A stretch of DNA of 64,000 bases from positions 32,001 to 96,000 of the forward strand of contig JAHLWS010000087.1 in the NCBI GenBank assembly GCA_019057795.1, written 5' to 3'. The position numbers and the translations under genes are program-made. Numbering within the stretch: the stretch's first letter is position 1; each line of letters begins with the position of its first letter. Source of the stretch: Promethearchaeota archaeon (GTDB lineage Archaea; Asgardarchaeota; Lokiarchaeia; Sigyniarchaeales; SOKP01). Below are positions 38,789-48,991 of this stretch, one piece after another. The notes under the pieces are model-generated. The model made no database searches and had not been told where the DNA came from. It worked only from the letters and a program-made list of their open reading frames with translations.

Positions 38789-41700
38789 ATGAATTTAGCA
38801 ACAAATAGAAAGAAGAGATTGTACGCGTTATTGACTCTTTTAAGTATTTTCGTAGTAAATGCAGCTATAATAAATTTTACCTACATCCCAAATAATTTAA
38901 ATGAAAAAATAATTAAAAAAGTTATAGATGTTCCTAAAAATAACGATCTTACTTCTGATAATAAGTATAATGGTATAGGAGATGCATGGAATATTACTCA
39001 TTGGGCAAATCGTACGGATTATGATCTCCCCGCAAGTTTTGAAGAGAATTCATATGATATGGTGGAAATGCCCTTAGGTACCGATTGGGTTGGTTATAAA
39101 TTAAATGCCTCAATTAATAATCTATATGATTCAAGAAACTGGAATAATGGAACTTTTAATTTTGGTGATAATAATACATATGCTACCGGGGAAGACGATT
39201 CTTTATACATTACAAATAGTTATCAAAATTGGACTTTTCATGAAAATGTTGTTGGTTCTTCAAATGTTATGTCTGGAAATTATCTAGATAAAAATGCTGT
39301 AACACCAGTTAATACCCAAAACCATGATAGTTTAGAATTAAGAATGGCGGGAAATAGATACAATGATTCTGGGGATCCATATTGGTATAGATATCGGTAT
39401 GATACCGGAGATAAATGTTCATGGTCAAGTTCTTTTCATATTCCAAGAGGAAAGGTTATTGATAGTTGGTTAAAATTTCAAGTAAATCCAATCCATATAA
39501 TAAGTTTTAACTCTTGGGAGTTTAGAATATTTTTAAATGGTATTAAAGTTTATTCTGATGGCTTGTTTACATTAAAACAGCGAGGACAAAATACATGGCA
39601 TAATTTCACAATTCCTCAGGGACTTTGGATAAACACATCAGATGTTTATTCAACAACCTTCTTAAATGATTCAAATATTAGTATCGAAATTGCTTTAGAA
39701 TATACAGCAACGAGTGCGGGTTATGGGTATGAAGATGGTGAAAATAGAGATTATCAACAAGTTCTTATTGATAACGTAGAATTAGAAACTAAAGCTGAAG
39801 CTCAACCTTCAGACATACAATTAAAAAGTAATAATACAATTGTGGAAGATATTAGTTGGGGGAAAGGAAAAGTAGAAATTAATGGTAATTGGCAGAGTGT
39901 TGATGGGAAGGTATATACTAATTTTAGTTGCGATGATGTTGGCCAATTGGGAGCTTTTTCTATTGATATACTAAGTGATTTAAACCTTCATGCGATAAAA
40001 CATACGCCTGAAAGTAATTATGAAACTAATGTAGGGTCTATTGGAACAAAATTTTCTGTAAATAATGAAAGTTCAGTTAATTGGTTATGTTATGGTCGAG
40101 TTAATGTACCTACGAGGTATGAGGAAACAGAATTGAAAATTAATTTTCCCACTGATGTTAATATTACCTCCGTTTTTGATCCTCAGAACCCTTCTTTAAA
40201 TATTCTGAGCCAGTGTGATAATTCGACTCCAGGTGTTTTATCAATACCCGTAAATACTATTTCACTTACTCCAGATGGATTTTGGAAATTTGAAGCAGTT
40301 TCACCTAACTATTGCAAAGATTTAATGATCTACAATAACGAAACTGGAGCCTGGATTCGAAATAATAACTTCCTAAGCGGTGATTTTATTAATATTACCG
40401 CAAAAATTACAAATTCTCCAGAAATATCTAGTTACATTCAAAATACAAAAGCATTTCTTCAAATTAGGTTTCCGAATGGCACTTTATGGTCTGATCAAAG
40501 TCAATTTGCTTCAGTCGATATTAATGGTAATGTTATTTTTATGCTGTTTCAAATACCCACAGCTCCACCAAATTACGAAGTTGGAGAATATGAGGCAATT
40601 ATAACTTGGAATAATTCTTATTCTATTTATGGTTTAAATGAAACGGGTATTATTTATAAGAAATTTAATATAATCCATGAATCTAAGCTTGTTCCTGACG
40701 AATTTTATTATGAAGATATGAAAGAAAATTCTAGTTTTAATTTAAAAATATCTTTCTCCGACTCAGTAGATAATGAACCTATAACAAATGCTATAGTATA
40801 TACATTTAATTTTACTCATCCTTCAGTAAAGCAATATTTTAGTGAAATAAGTCCCGGTTATTATTTTCTCGAATTCAACGTAGAGGATGGAATATTAGGT
40901 AATAATACTTTAAGTATTTATGCTAATTCGTCTAATTATGAGAATAAAGTAGTTAATATCAAAATTGAGGTGATTAGAGAAACAGAGCTTACTGTTGATA
41001 ATGATTTTATAAATAATGTACTTTTTGAGCAGAATTTTACCATTCAATTCAATTATACTGAAAAACTTTCTAGTACAGGAATTAATCCGGATTCTCTCTC
41101 AACCGATTGGTTAGGTAATTATTCTTTCATTGAAATAGCCACAGGGAGATATAATTTAACATGCAGTACCCTTGGTTATAATGCAGGTCAACTTTATACA
41201 TTAAATCTTTATGTAGATGCCTATAAATATGAAGCTAAATCTATATCAATAAAAGTTTATATTACTGAACTTAAATCATCTTTAGAATTGTTTGTTAATA
41301 GTAATGCACTACAACCTAATGATGTATTTACTGTTGATGTATGGGAAAAGATAAACATAACAGTTTTTTATAAGGATATACACGGAAATCCCTTAACTGG
41401 GGCAATAATAAATGTAACAAGTGGGTCTTTTTCATATCAATTAAATGAAAATCTTTTATTTAATCACTACAGTTTAATTTTGGATGCTACTGAATTAGAA
41501 CAAGGAATTGATAATCTTGTTGTTTTTGCTCAATTGGTTAATTATGAACCACAAACTATTCCATTTATAGCAGAAATTATAGAAAGGTCAACAATCATCG
41601 AAATTTTATTTGATGGGGTAAATAAGACAGATGATCCTACAATAGATATTACTATTGGTCAAACATTAAATATTACTGTAAATTATATGGATGATGAGTA

Positions 41701-42538
41701 TCATCACATACAAGGGGCAATGGCACAGCTTTCTGGTGATTTAATTGGGAATTTGAGTGAAAACTTAATATTTGAGCAATATTCATATATTTTAGATACA
41801 TCTCAGTTAGATATTGGAGTTAGAATTATCACTCTTTCTGCTTCAAAAACAAACTTTCAGCTTCAAACTGAGAATCTTAGAGTAAATATTCAAAGAATAA
41901 GGACAAATATTACTACAATATCGGGCGAATCAATATTTACGATTCAATCGGGAAATAATATTCTCCTACAATTAATTTTGAATAACGAGGATTTTGGGGG
42001 TACGATTAAAAATGCAAATCTAACATATAGATGGCAATTTGGAGAAGGAGAACTTATTGATCCTGATTCTGATGGAATATATGAAACGACATTAACCAAT
42101 TTACCAGTTGGGTCATACACAATTACTATTACTGCTGATAAAGGCGATAATTATGATTTTGAAAGGTATCAAATAACAATTACGGTAATTAACCCTCCAA
42201 ATGAATTTTTAATTTTCTTGATTCTTTTAATTACAGCTTCTATAACAGCAGTGTCATTAGTTAGTTATCTAATATTATACAAAAAAGTTTTGAGATATCC
42301 AAAACAAGTAAGAAAGGTTAGAAAATATCGAAGAACTTTAAAAAAAGCGAAGAATCCAAAGATAAATATAATACCACGTAAAGAAGCGTTCAATAATCAA
42401 TTTAAAGATGAAATAGGTAACACTTCTACATTATTAAAGGGAAAACCTTCAGAAAGTATAATTCAAGTAGATAAATTAAAAGCAATAAAGTTAATGAATG
42501 AATCTGATAACCAAACAAATGATGGAGGGAATAAATAA
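38789..42538 (+). CDS. Large cell-surface glycoprotein (jelly-roll-like N-region, Ig-like repeats, TM, conserved tail)
   Basis: Signal peptide, about 100-aa beta repeats, DPDSDG motif, TM, RYPKQVRKVRKYRRTL. Confidence 0.82.
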   Translation: MNLATNRKKRLYALLTLLSIFVVNAAIINFTYIPNNLNEKIIKKVIDVPKNNDLTSDNKYNGIGDAWNITHWANRTDYDLPASFEENSYDMVEMPLGTDWVGYKLNASINNLYDSRNWNNGTFNFGDNNTYATGEDDSLYITNSYQNWTFHENVVGSSNVMSGNYLDKNAVTPVNTQNHDSLELRMAGNRYNDSGDPYWYRYRYDTGDKCSWSSSFHIPRGKVIDSWLKFQVNPIHIISFNSWEFRIFLNGIKVYSDGLFTLKQRGQNTWHNFTIPQGLWINTSDVYSTTFLNDSNISIEIALEYTATSAGYGYEDGENRDYQQVLIDNVELETKAEAQPSDIQLKSNNTIVEDISWGKGKVEINGNWQSVDGKVYTNFSCDDVGQLGAFSIDILSDLNLHAIKHTPESNYETNVGSIGTKFSVNNESSVNWLCYGRVNVPTRYEETELKINFPTDVNITSVFDPQNPSLNILSQCDNSTPGVLSIPVNTISLTPDGFWKFEAVSPNYCKDLMIYNNETGAWIRNNNFLSGDFINITAKITNSPEISSYIQNTKAFLQIRFPNGTLWSDQSQFASVDINGNVIFMLFQIPTAPPNYEVGEYEAIITWNNSYSIYGLNETGIIYKKFNIIHESKLVPDEFYYEDMKENSSFNLKISFSDSVDNEPITNAIVYTFNFTHPSVKQYFSEISPGYYFLEFNVEDGILGNNTLSIYANSSNYENKVVNIKIEVIRETELTVDNDFINNVLFEQNFTIQFNYTEKLSSTGINPDSLSTDWLGNYSFIEIATGRYNLTCSTLGYNAGQLYTLNLYVDAYKYEAKSISIKVYITELKSSLELFVNSNALQPNDVFTVDVWEKINITVFYKDIHGNPLTGAIINVTSGSFSYQLNENLLFNHYSLILDATELEQGIDNLVVFAQLVNYEPQTIPFIAEIIERSTIIEILFDGVNKTDDPTIDITIGQTLNITVNYMDDEYHHIQGAMAQLSGDLIGNLSENLIFEQYSYILDTSQLDIGVRIITLSASKTNFQLQTENLRVNIQRIRTNITTISGESIFTIQSGNNILLQLILNNEDFGGTIKNANLTYRWQFGEGELIDPDSDGIYETTLTNLPVGSYTITITADKGDNYDFERYQITITVINPPNEFLIFLILLITASITAVSLVSYLILYKKVLRYPKQVRKVRKYRRTLKKAKNPKINIIPRKEAFNNQFKDEIGNTSTLLKGKPSESIIQVDKLKAIKLMNESDNQTNDGGNK

Positions 42539-42540
42539 TA

Positions 42541-45500
42541 ATGAGGATAAAAAACAAAAGAAAAATTAACCGTTCGGCGATTATTAGGGTCTTTTTAATT
42601 ATTCTTTTAACTCTTGATTTATCTAGTCTTAACTTGAATCAGCTAATTCCCACTGATAATAAGGAGATTCAAAGAAACATTTTTGATCTTGAAAATACAC
42701 TTAATAGCCAAGATGTATCTTTTGATAATATACATAGCGGTATTGGTGCACCTTGGAATTTAACTCACTGGGCAAACAGAACAGATTACGATTTATCAGT
42801 AAGCTTTCCTGAAGGGGCCAACGATATGGTTGATATTCCTTTAGGTAGTAGTTGGAAAGGGTACAAATTAAGCGCAAATATTAATGATTTGGTTGATAAG
42901 CGGAATTGGAATAATGGTACTTTCAATTTTGGTGATGATGATGGAACTGATGCTGCTGGAGAAAATGATACTAATGATATAACAAATATTTATCAAAATT
43001 GGACATTTGTGAAAAATGATACAGGTCTCGGTAATAATTATATGAGCGGTAATTATAATTCGAGTGTGGGAGGAAATAATTGTTTAGAATTAAGAATGGA
43101 TGGTAATAACACTGTTGTATCTGGTCCACTTGAATGGTGGACATATGACCCTGATGATAAATGTTGGTGGAGCAGCTCCATACAAATACCACGTGGAAAA
43201 ATAATTGATAGTAGTTTGAAATTTGATCTATATCCAAATCATTTAGCACATTTTAATTCATGGGCATTTGCTATATATTTAAATGCTAAAAGAGTTTATT
43301 CTATAGGTACTTTTACATTATCACAGTATGGACAAGATGCGTGGCACAGTTTTACTATTCCTCAAAATATCTGGACGAATACATCTAATGTTTTTTCGAA
43401 TAATCCTATAAATAATTCATTAATTGATATTAAACTTGCTCTAGAATGTGTAGGTGGTGGAAATTTTTCTGGTTTTGCAAATAGGACTTTCCAAAGGGTA
43501 TATGTTGATAATGTTGAATTAATTACCAAGGCAGAAGTTCTTCCATCTTATATTGAATTAAACATGAACCAAACAATTGTACAAGATATTGACTGGGGTC
43601 GAGGGACTGTTGAAATTGAAGGGGAATGGGAATCTACTACAGTCTTTGCAAATTTCAGTAGTACTGATGTAGGAGAATTGGGAAATTATGACATTAATTT
43701 AAAGACTAACTTGAATTTATATGGGATCAAGCATACTCCAGAAACAAATTATGAAACTGATGTTGGCTCATTAGGGACTGTTTTTTCTGTAAGTAATGCA
43801 AGTACTGTGAATTGGGAGAGTTATGGTTTTATTGCTATTCCAACGGGATATTCTGAGTCAGAGATGAGACTTGAATTTCCGATTGATGTCATTATTACTT
43901 CCGTTTTTGAACCTGAAAATCCTTCTACCAATATTTTAATCTTATGTGACAATTCTATACCTGGAAGATTAATAATACCAGTAGATGCTATTTCCACTAC
44001 TCCTGACGGATTTTGGAAATTTGAAGCTGTTTCACCTAATTATTGCGAAGATTTAATGATCTATAATAATGCAACAGGAGCCTGGATTCGAAATAATAAC
44101 TTCTTAAGCGGTGATTATATTAATATTACTGCAAAAATTACCAATTCTCCGGTAATATCTAGTTACATTCAAAGCACAAAAGCGTTTCTTCAAATTCGGT
44201 TTCCAAATGGTACTTTATGGTCTGATCAAAGTCAATTTGCTTCAGTTGATTCAAATGGTAATGTAAATTTTATGCCGTTTCAAATACCTTCAGTACTACC
44301 GAATTACGAAGTTGGAGAATATGAGGCAATAGTTACCTGGAATAATTCCTACTCTATTTACGATTTGAATGAAACAGGTATTCTTTATAAAAAATTCAAT
44401 ATAATCCACGATTCTATTTTAATCCCAGATATTAATTATTTTGAAGATGTAATTGATGGTTCTGTATTAAATTTAAGAGTATCATTTAATGATTTACAGA
44501 ATTTTGATGCTATTGAAAATGCGATTGTATACACTTATAATTTCACTCATCCTTCAATAATTCAATATTTCAGCGAAATAAGCCCAGGTTATTACTTTCT
44601 TGAATTTAATGTTACTGGGGCTCCGAATGCTGGTAATAATACCTTAACCATCTATGCTAGTTCGCCTAATTTTATAAATAATGAAGTAAATATAACAATC
44701 GATATCATTAAAAATACAGTTCTTACAGTTGATAATGATTATTTAACAGGAGTTCCAATCGAGCAGAACTTTACAATTCAATTATCTTATACTGAAAGCT
44801 ATAGTGGTATGGGAATTGACACAAATAATCTTTCGACAAATTGGGCAGGTGAATATCACTTTGCTACGATTACTCAAGGATTATATACTCTTACTTGTAA
44901 TGCTTCTGGTCCGGGATACCAACCAGACAAGCTTTATTCAATGATAATTACAGTTAAAGCTAATAGATATCAACCTCAATCAATTCCAATTAGAATTTTT
45001 ATAACTAAAAAAGCATCATTTTTGGAATTATATGTAAATGGCACTCAAAAGTTTGAAGACGATTTAGTTTCAATTGAATTTTGGCAACAATTAAATATTA
45101 CAATAACTTATAAAGATGTCTCCTCTAGACATTTAGGCGGTGCGTCAATAAAATTAACCGGAGGAGGAATTTCCAAACCATTAATAGAAAAGCCAATTCT
45201 AGGTCAATATAGTCGTTTATTAAATGTCTCTGAATTAGGTTTAGGGCTTGATTATTTATCAATATTTGCTAATGTATCTAATTATCTCCCTCAATCTATT
45301 CGCTTTATTACTGAAGTAACTAAAAGAAAAACCCTATTGGAAATCTACTTAAATGGAGTTGATAGAACTACTGATCCATCTATTGATATTGCTATCGGTG
45401 ACTTTTTAAATATTACTATAAGATATACTGATACGAATGGTAATCACATTGAAAATGCTGCAGTTAATTTGTTTGGAGCCATCTCAAATAGCTTAATTGA

Positions 45501-46251
45501 AGATAAAACATTAAAACAATATTCATACATTTTGAATACAAGCATTTTAGATATTGGAATCAGAATGATTGCTATTTCGGCAGAGAAAGAAAATTACGAA
45601 CTTCAGACTGATGATCTCAGAATCGAAATCAGACGGATTTTTACGAATATTACCACTGAGGATGGAATTTCTAGAATTTCTGCCCATCCAGGAGATAATG
45701 TGGTAATTAAAATTATTTTGTATGATTTAGATTCTGGAGAAACCATAAAAGGCGCGATTGTGTCATACAGTAGTCCTTATGGACAAGGATATTTAACAGA
45801 TCCAGATAATGATGGGATATATGAGGTAGTATTTGAAAATATACCTGAAAGTACTTTTAAAATTACCATTTCAGCTTTTTATGGGGATAATTATGATTTT
45901 GAAAATTATGAAATAACGATTAGTGCTATAAGACCAGCAGCAGAAGCATTATTGCTTCTAATTTTAATAATTGCTATAACTTCAGCGGCTATAATAATAG
46001 GGGGGTATATATATGCTTACCAAAAATATTTAAAATATCCCAAACCCGTCAGAAAAGTTCGAAAATACCGAAAAACACTGAGAAAAACAAGCGATCCAAG
46101 AACGGATATAAAGGAGAGAGAGAAGGCATTCAAAGTTGAATATAAAACTGAATTAGATAAAACATCTAAATTATTAAAAGGAAAACCCGTAGAACCAATT
46201 ATTAAACTAGAAAAGATTCTAAAGAAACCAGTTGAAGGTTCTAATAATTAA
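42541..46251 (+). CDS. Large cell-surface glycoprotein, full-length paralog of 38789..42538
   Basis: Colinear with the previous gene (WNxTHWANRTDYDL, NWNNGTFNFG, TPDGFWKFEAVSPNYC), DPDNDG, TM, KYPKPVRKVRKYRKTL. Confidence 0.82.
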   Translation: MRIKNKRKINRSAIIRVFLIILLTLDLSSLNLNQLIPTDNKEIQRNIFDLENTLNSQDVSFDNIHSGIGAPWNLTHWANRTDYDLSVSFPEGANDMVDIPLGSSWKGYKLSANINDLVDKRNWNNGTFNFGDDDGTDAAGENDTNDITNIYQNWTFVKNDTGLGNNYMSGNYNSSVGGNNCLELRMDGNNTVVSGPLEWWTYDPDDKCWWSSSIQIPRGKIIDSSLKFDLYPNHLAHFNSWAFAIYLNAKRVYSIGTFTLSQYGQDAWHSFTIPQNIWTNTSNVFSNNPINNSLIDIKLALECVGGGNFSGFANRTFQRVYVDNVELITKAEVLPSYIELNMNQTIVQDIDWGRGTVEIEGEWESTTVFANFSSTDVGELGNYDINLKTNLNLYGIKHTPETNYETDVGSLGTVFSVSNASTVNWESYGFIAIPTGYSESEMRLEFPIDVIITSVFEPENPSTNILILCDNSIPGRLIIPVDAISTTPDGFWKFEAVSPNYCEDLMIYNNATGAWIRNNNFLSGDYINITAKITNSPVISSYIQSTKAFLQIRFPNGTLWSDQSQFASVDSNGNVNFMPFQIPSVLPNYEVGEYEAIVTWNNSYSIYDLNETGILYKKFNIIHDSILIPDINYFEDVIDGSVLNLRVSFNDLQNFDAIENAIVYTYNFTHPSIIQYFSEISPGYYFLEFNVTGAPNAGNNTLTIYASSPNFINNEVNITIDIIKNTVLTVDNDYLTGVPIEQNFTIQLSYTESYSGMGIDTNNLSTNWAGEYHFATITQGLYTLTCNASGPGYQPDKLYSMIITVKANRYQPQSIPIRIFITKKASFLELYVNGTQKFEDDLVSIEFWQQLNITITYKDVSSRHLGGASIKLTGGGISKPLIEKPILGQYSRLLNVSELGLGLDYLSIFANVSNYLPQSIRFITEVTKRKTLLEIYLNGVDRTTDPSIDIAIGDFLNITIRYTDTNGNHIENAAVNLFGAISNSLIEDKTLKQYSYILNTSILDIGIRMIAISAEKENYELQTDDLRIEIRRIFTNITTEDGISRISAHPGDNVVIKIILYDLDSGETIKGAIVSYSSPYGQGYLTDPDNDGIYEVVFENIPESTFKITISAFYGDNYDFENYEITISAIRPAAEALLLLILIIAITSAAIIIGGYIYAYQKYLKYPKPVRKVRKYRKTLRKTSDPRTDIKEREKAFKVEYKTELDKTSKLLKGKPVEPIIKLEKILKKPVEGSNN

Positions 46252-46406
46252 AGAGTCAAATTAATATAAAATCTAGTTAATTTTTCATTTTTCAATTTTT
46301 TATTTTCACATAATATATAATATTTCTCAAAATAATTACTAAGCAATATAATTTAAATAAATAGTAAAGAAAATTGAAATATTATCATAATTTAATGATT
46401 GTATAG

Positions 46407-47468
46407 ATGAGTTCTAATATTAAAATTTTTAAGTTAAATTATTCTGGAACCTTTAAGGAAATTTCAGAAGAGAAGATACTCCTTAACTTTACTCTATTCG
46501 ATATTTTAACATTTTACGTGCCAAATCAAAGATTAATGTATATTTGGATTGGGAAAAAAGTCTCGCAAAGTTTGAAAAAACTTATCCCACAAATACGAGG
46601 AGCTATTTCAAGTGAGTATCCCGAATTAAAGATTTTAAGAAACATTACAATCGAATCGGGATTAGAACCTGCCGAATTTTTAAGTATTATTGGGGTTACA
46701 GAAGAGGTCCTGAAAGCTAGAATTAAAAAGCTAGAGATTAATTTGTTACCAATTCTCTCTGAAATAAACAGGTTAAAAGAAAAGGTAGATAAGTATTTCA
46801 TTTCAGAAAATTACAATATGGCAATTAATGCTGCTCAGAAAATTGTTAACCTTGCCAAGGATATAGACGATGATTCTCTTGAGCAAGATCAAATCAACTT
46901 TATCAACGAAGCTCAATCGAAAGCGCACGCTAGCGAAGCTCTCTACCAAATAGAGCATCAAAGTAAGGAAGTTATTAAACAATTTAACCAGTTAGTGGAG
47001 GTAGAGGATTATCGAGAGGCACATAGCCTAGCAGAAGATTTTAAAAGAAAATACGAAAATGAATACGACATTTCTTCAATTCCCTTAGCCCAGCAATTAA
47101 TATTAAAAGATGAAAACATGATATATAGTTTGAAAATCGAACAAGAAAAGATAAAAAAGGAAATTGATGAATTCTATAATTCTTTTAAGACAGGTCCCAA
47201 TAAAGGTAATTTAAAGCAAGCAAAAGAATTTTTTGGAAAAATTAAAGCTGAGATTAAGAATTTATTTGATGATGATGTTTTAAATAGTTTGAAACAATTT
47301 GAAGCCCGATATAATGAAGCAAAAAAAGAAACAGTTAGTGAAATAGCTCAAGTAAGTATGGAAGCCCTTAATAATTTGGAAAAAGGTGAAATATCTAAAG
47401 CTATAGAAATCTTTGAAAAAATTATCAAAAAATTAGAATTTAACAATAAAACATTGACGGGTGCATAG
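46407..47468 (+). CDS. Gelsolin-like domain protein with C-terminal TPR/coiled-coil region
   Basis: N-terminal about 97 aa: IKIFKL...F..FDIL.F....LMYIWIGKKVS...ITIESGLEPAEFLSII, matching the gelsolin repeat pattern. Confidence 0.7.
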   Translation: MSSNIKIFKLNYSGTFKEISEEKILLNFTLFDILTFYVPNQRLMYIWIGKKVSQSLKKLIPQIRGAISSEYPELKILRNITIESGLEPAEFLSIIGVTEEVLKARIKKLEINLLPILSEINRLKEKVDKYFISENYNMAINAAQKIVNLAKDIDDDSLEQDQINFINEAQSKAHASEALYQIEHQSKEVIKQFNQLVEVEDYREAHSLAEDFKRKYENEYDISSIPLAQQLILKDENMIYSLKIEQEKIKKEIDEFYNSFKTGPNKGNLKQAKEFFGKIKAEIKNLFDDDVLNSLKQFEARYNEAKKETVSEIAQVSMEALNNLEKGEISKAIEIFEKIIKKLEFNNKTLTGA

Positions 47469-47470
47469 TA

Positions 47471-48439
47471 TTGGATTTAAACTCAGACAAAGAGACTAAT
47501 AATAAGAAAAAAATAGTAGTTTTATCTAAAATTGATGAGTTGAAAGTAATAGCGAATAACCACTATCTAATGGGCAAATTTGATGAAGCAATAAAAATAG
47601 CAGAAGAAATAATGGATATAGCTGAAGGAGCTAAATTATATTCTATTGTAAGGGAGGAAGGAGAGTTCATTGCAGAGCTTTATAAAAAAGTTAAAGATAA
47701 TAATAAATTTATTGAAATTGAAAAACAACAAAATATTCTAAAAAAACAACTTGAACCATTAGAAATCCAGTTTAATAGCTACATAAGTACTAATAATATC
47801 ACATTAGCAGAAGAAACATTAGAACAAGCAAAAACTCTCCTAAAAAAGCTTAAAGATACCGAAACGCTGAAAATGTGGGAAACATCTGAAGCAATGTTTT
47901 TAGAATTAAGAAAAAAGATTGATATCAATGAAGACATTGAACATTCATTGGCAGAAGTTTCAAGATTAATAGATAATTACGAATTTGATAAGGCAAAACA
48001 AATACTTAACTCTAAGATAGAATTTTTGCAAAAAGAAGATTTCTTAGATCATCAACAGAAATTAAAAATAAAAATGAAAAGTTTAATTGATGCTGAGGAT
48101 AAATATTTTAAATTAGAAGAAGATTTAAAAGATTTAGAAAGCGAAATTAAACAAAATGTTTCTCAAAATCAATTTGAGCAAGCAATAAACAATATTAAGA
48201 AAATCGTTAAAATTTCAAGGTTTATTGGTAAAAGTAATTACTTAAAGAAATACACTGAATATATCGATATTATTGAAAATAAGATAAGGGAAGTTTCCAA
48301 AATCGAAGATTTAAAAACTAAGGTTAACAATATAAACGTCCAAGGCATCGAAGCCTTGAAATATGACGATTATTCTGGAGCTCTTGAAATATTTAAAGAA
48401 ATATTGAACCAATTAAAAGCTGTTTTTAATAAAAAATAG
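47471..48439 (+). CDS. TPR-like / coiled-coil helical repeat protein
   Basis: Repeated GKFDEAIKIAEEI, YEFDKAKQIL, NQFEQAINNIKKI, DDYSGALEIFKEI; starts 2 nt after the gelsolin-like gene ends. Confidence 0.65.
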   Translation: MDLNSDKETNNKKKIVVLSKIDELKVIANNHYLMGKFDEAIKIAEEIMDIAEGAKLYSIVREEGEFIAELYKKVKDNNKFIEIEKQQNILKKQLEPLEIQFNSYISTNNITLAEETLEQAKTLLKKLKDTETLKMWETSEAMFLELRKKIDINEDIEHSLAEVSRLIDNYEFDKAKQILNSKIEFLQKEDFLDHQQKLKIKMKSLIDAEDKYFKLEEDLKDLESEIKQNVSQNQFEQAINNIKKIVKISRFIGKSNYLKKYTEYIDIIENKIREVSKIEDLKTKVNNINVQGIEALKYDDYSGALEIFKEILNQLKAVFNKK

Positions 48440-48544
48440 TTTTTATTTTCTTCTTAATAACCAGTTTAATTAATATCAAACGGTTTATAATTTTTTAACG
48501 AAGGTATTAAATAGTAAAAATTCTATATAATTTTTGGATTAAAA

Positions 48545-48991
48545 TTGATCCAAGAGATTATTATTCTTAATGACATGGGTATTCCCATATTTTGCCATAA
48601 CTTTAGCGGTAGTTCAAATAAGGATAATAATTATCAATTAATTGGTAGCTATTTCGACCAAATTTGCCGATTTGCCAAATACGGGTTCAAAGAAAGTTTA
48701 ACCACTATAAAAATGAAAAAAAGCGTATTTTATTTTAAAACGCATCCTAAAACTAATTTTCATCTAATATTAAAATGTGATAGTAAAGTCGATAATAAAA
48801 AGCTTAAAAAAAAGGCAATTGATAATATTGCAGTTAAAATCTTTGATAATTTCTTTGTTAAATTTAAAAGAGAATTGATGAATTTTAACGGAAATATTGC
48901 TCCTTTTAAAATTTTTTCTAAAGATATTGATGAGATGATAAAACCTAAAGGGCTTTTGAGAAATTTTGTAATAAGTCCTGGAGTTTTTTAA
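48545..48991 (+). CDS. Stand-alone longin-like (sybindin/sedlin-like) protein
   Basis: IQEIIILNDMGIPIF...LIGSYF..I..FA...LTTIKM...FHLILKCD...FF.KF....FNGNI..F..F. Confidence 0.65.
   Translation: MIQEIIILNDMGIPIFCHNFSGSSNKDNNYQLIGSYFDQICRFAKYGFKESLTTIKMKKSVFYFKTHPKTNFHLILKCDSKVDNKKLKKKAIDNIAVKIFDNFFVKFKRELMNFNGNIAPFKIFSKDIDEMIKPKGLLRNFVISPGVF

Noticed and set aside
38300-46251. Calling the shared C-terminus a Loki-CTERM/PGF-CTERM archaeosortase signal
   Set aside because: No PGF/PGY-like motif before the TM, and the cytoplasmic tail is about 75-85 aa rather than a short basic cluster
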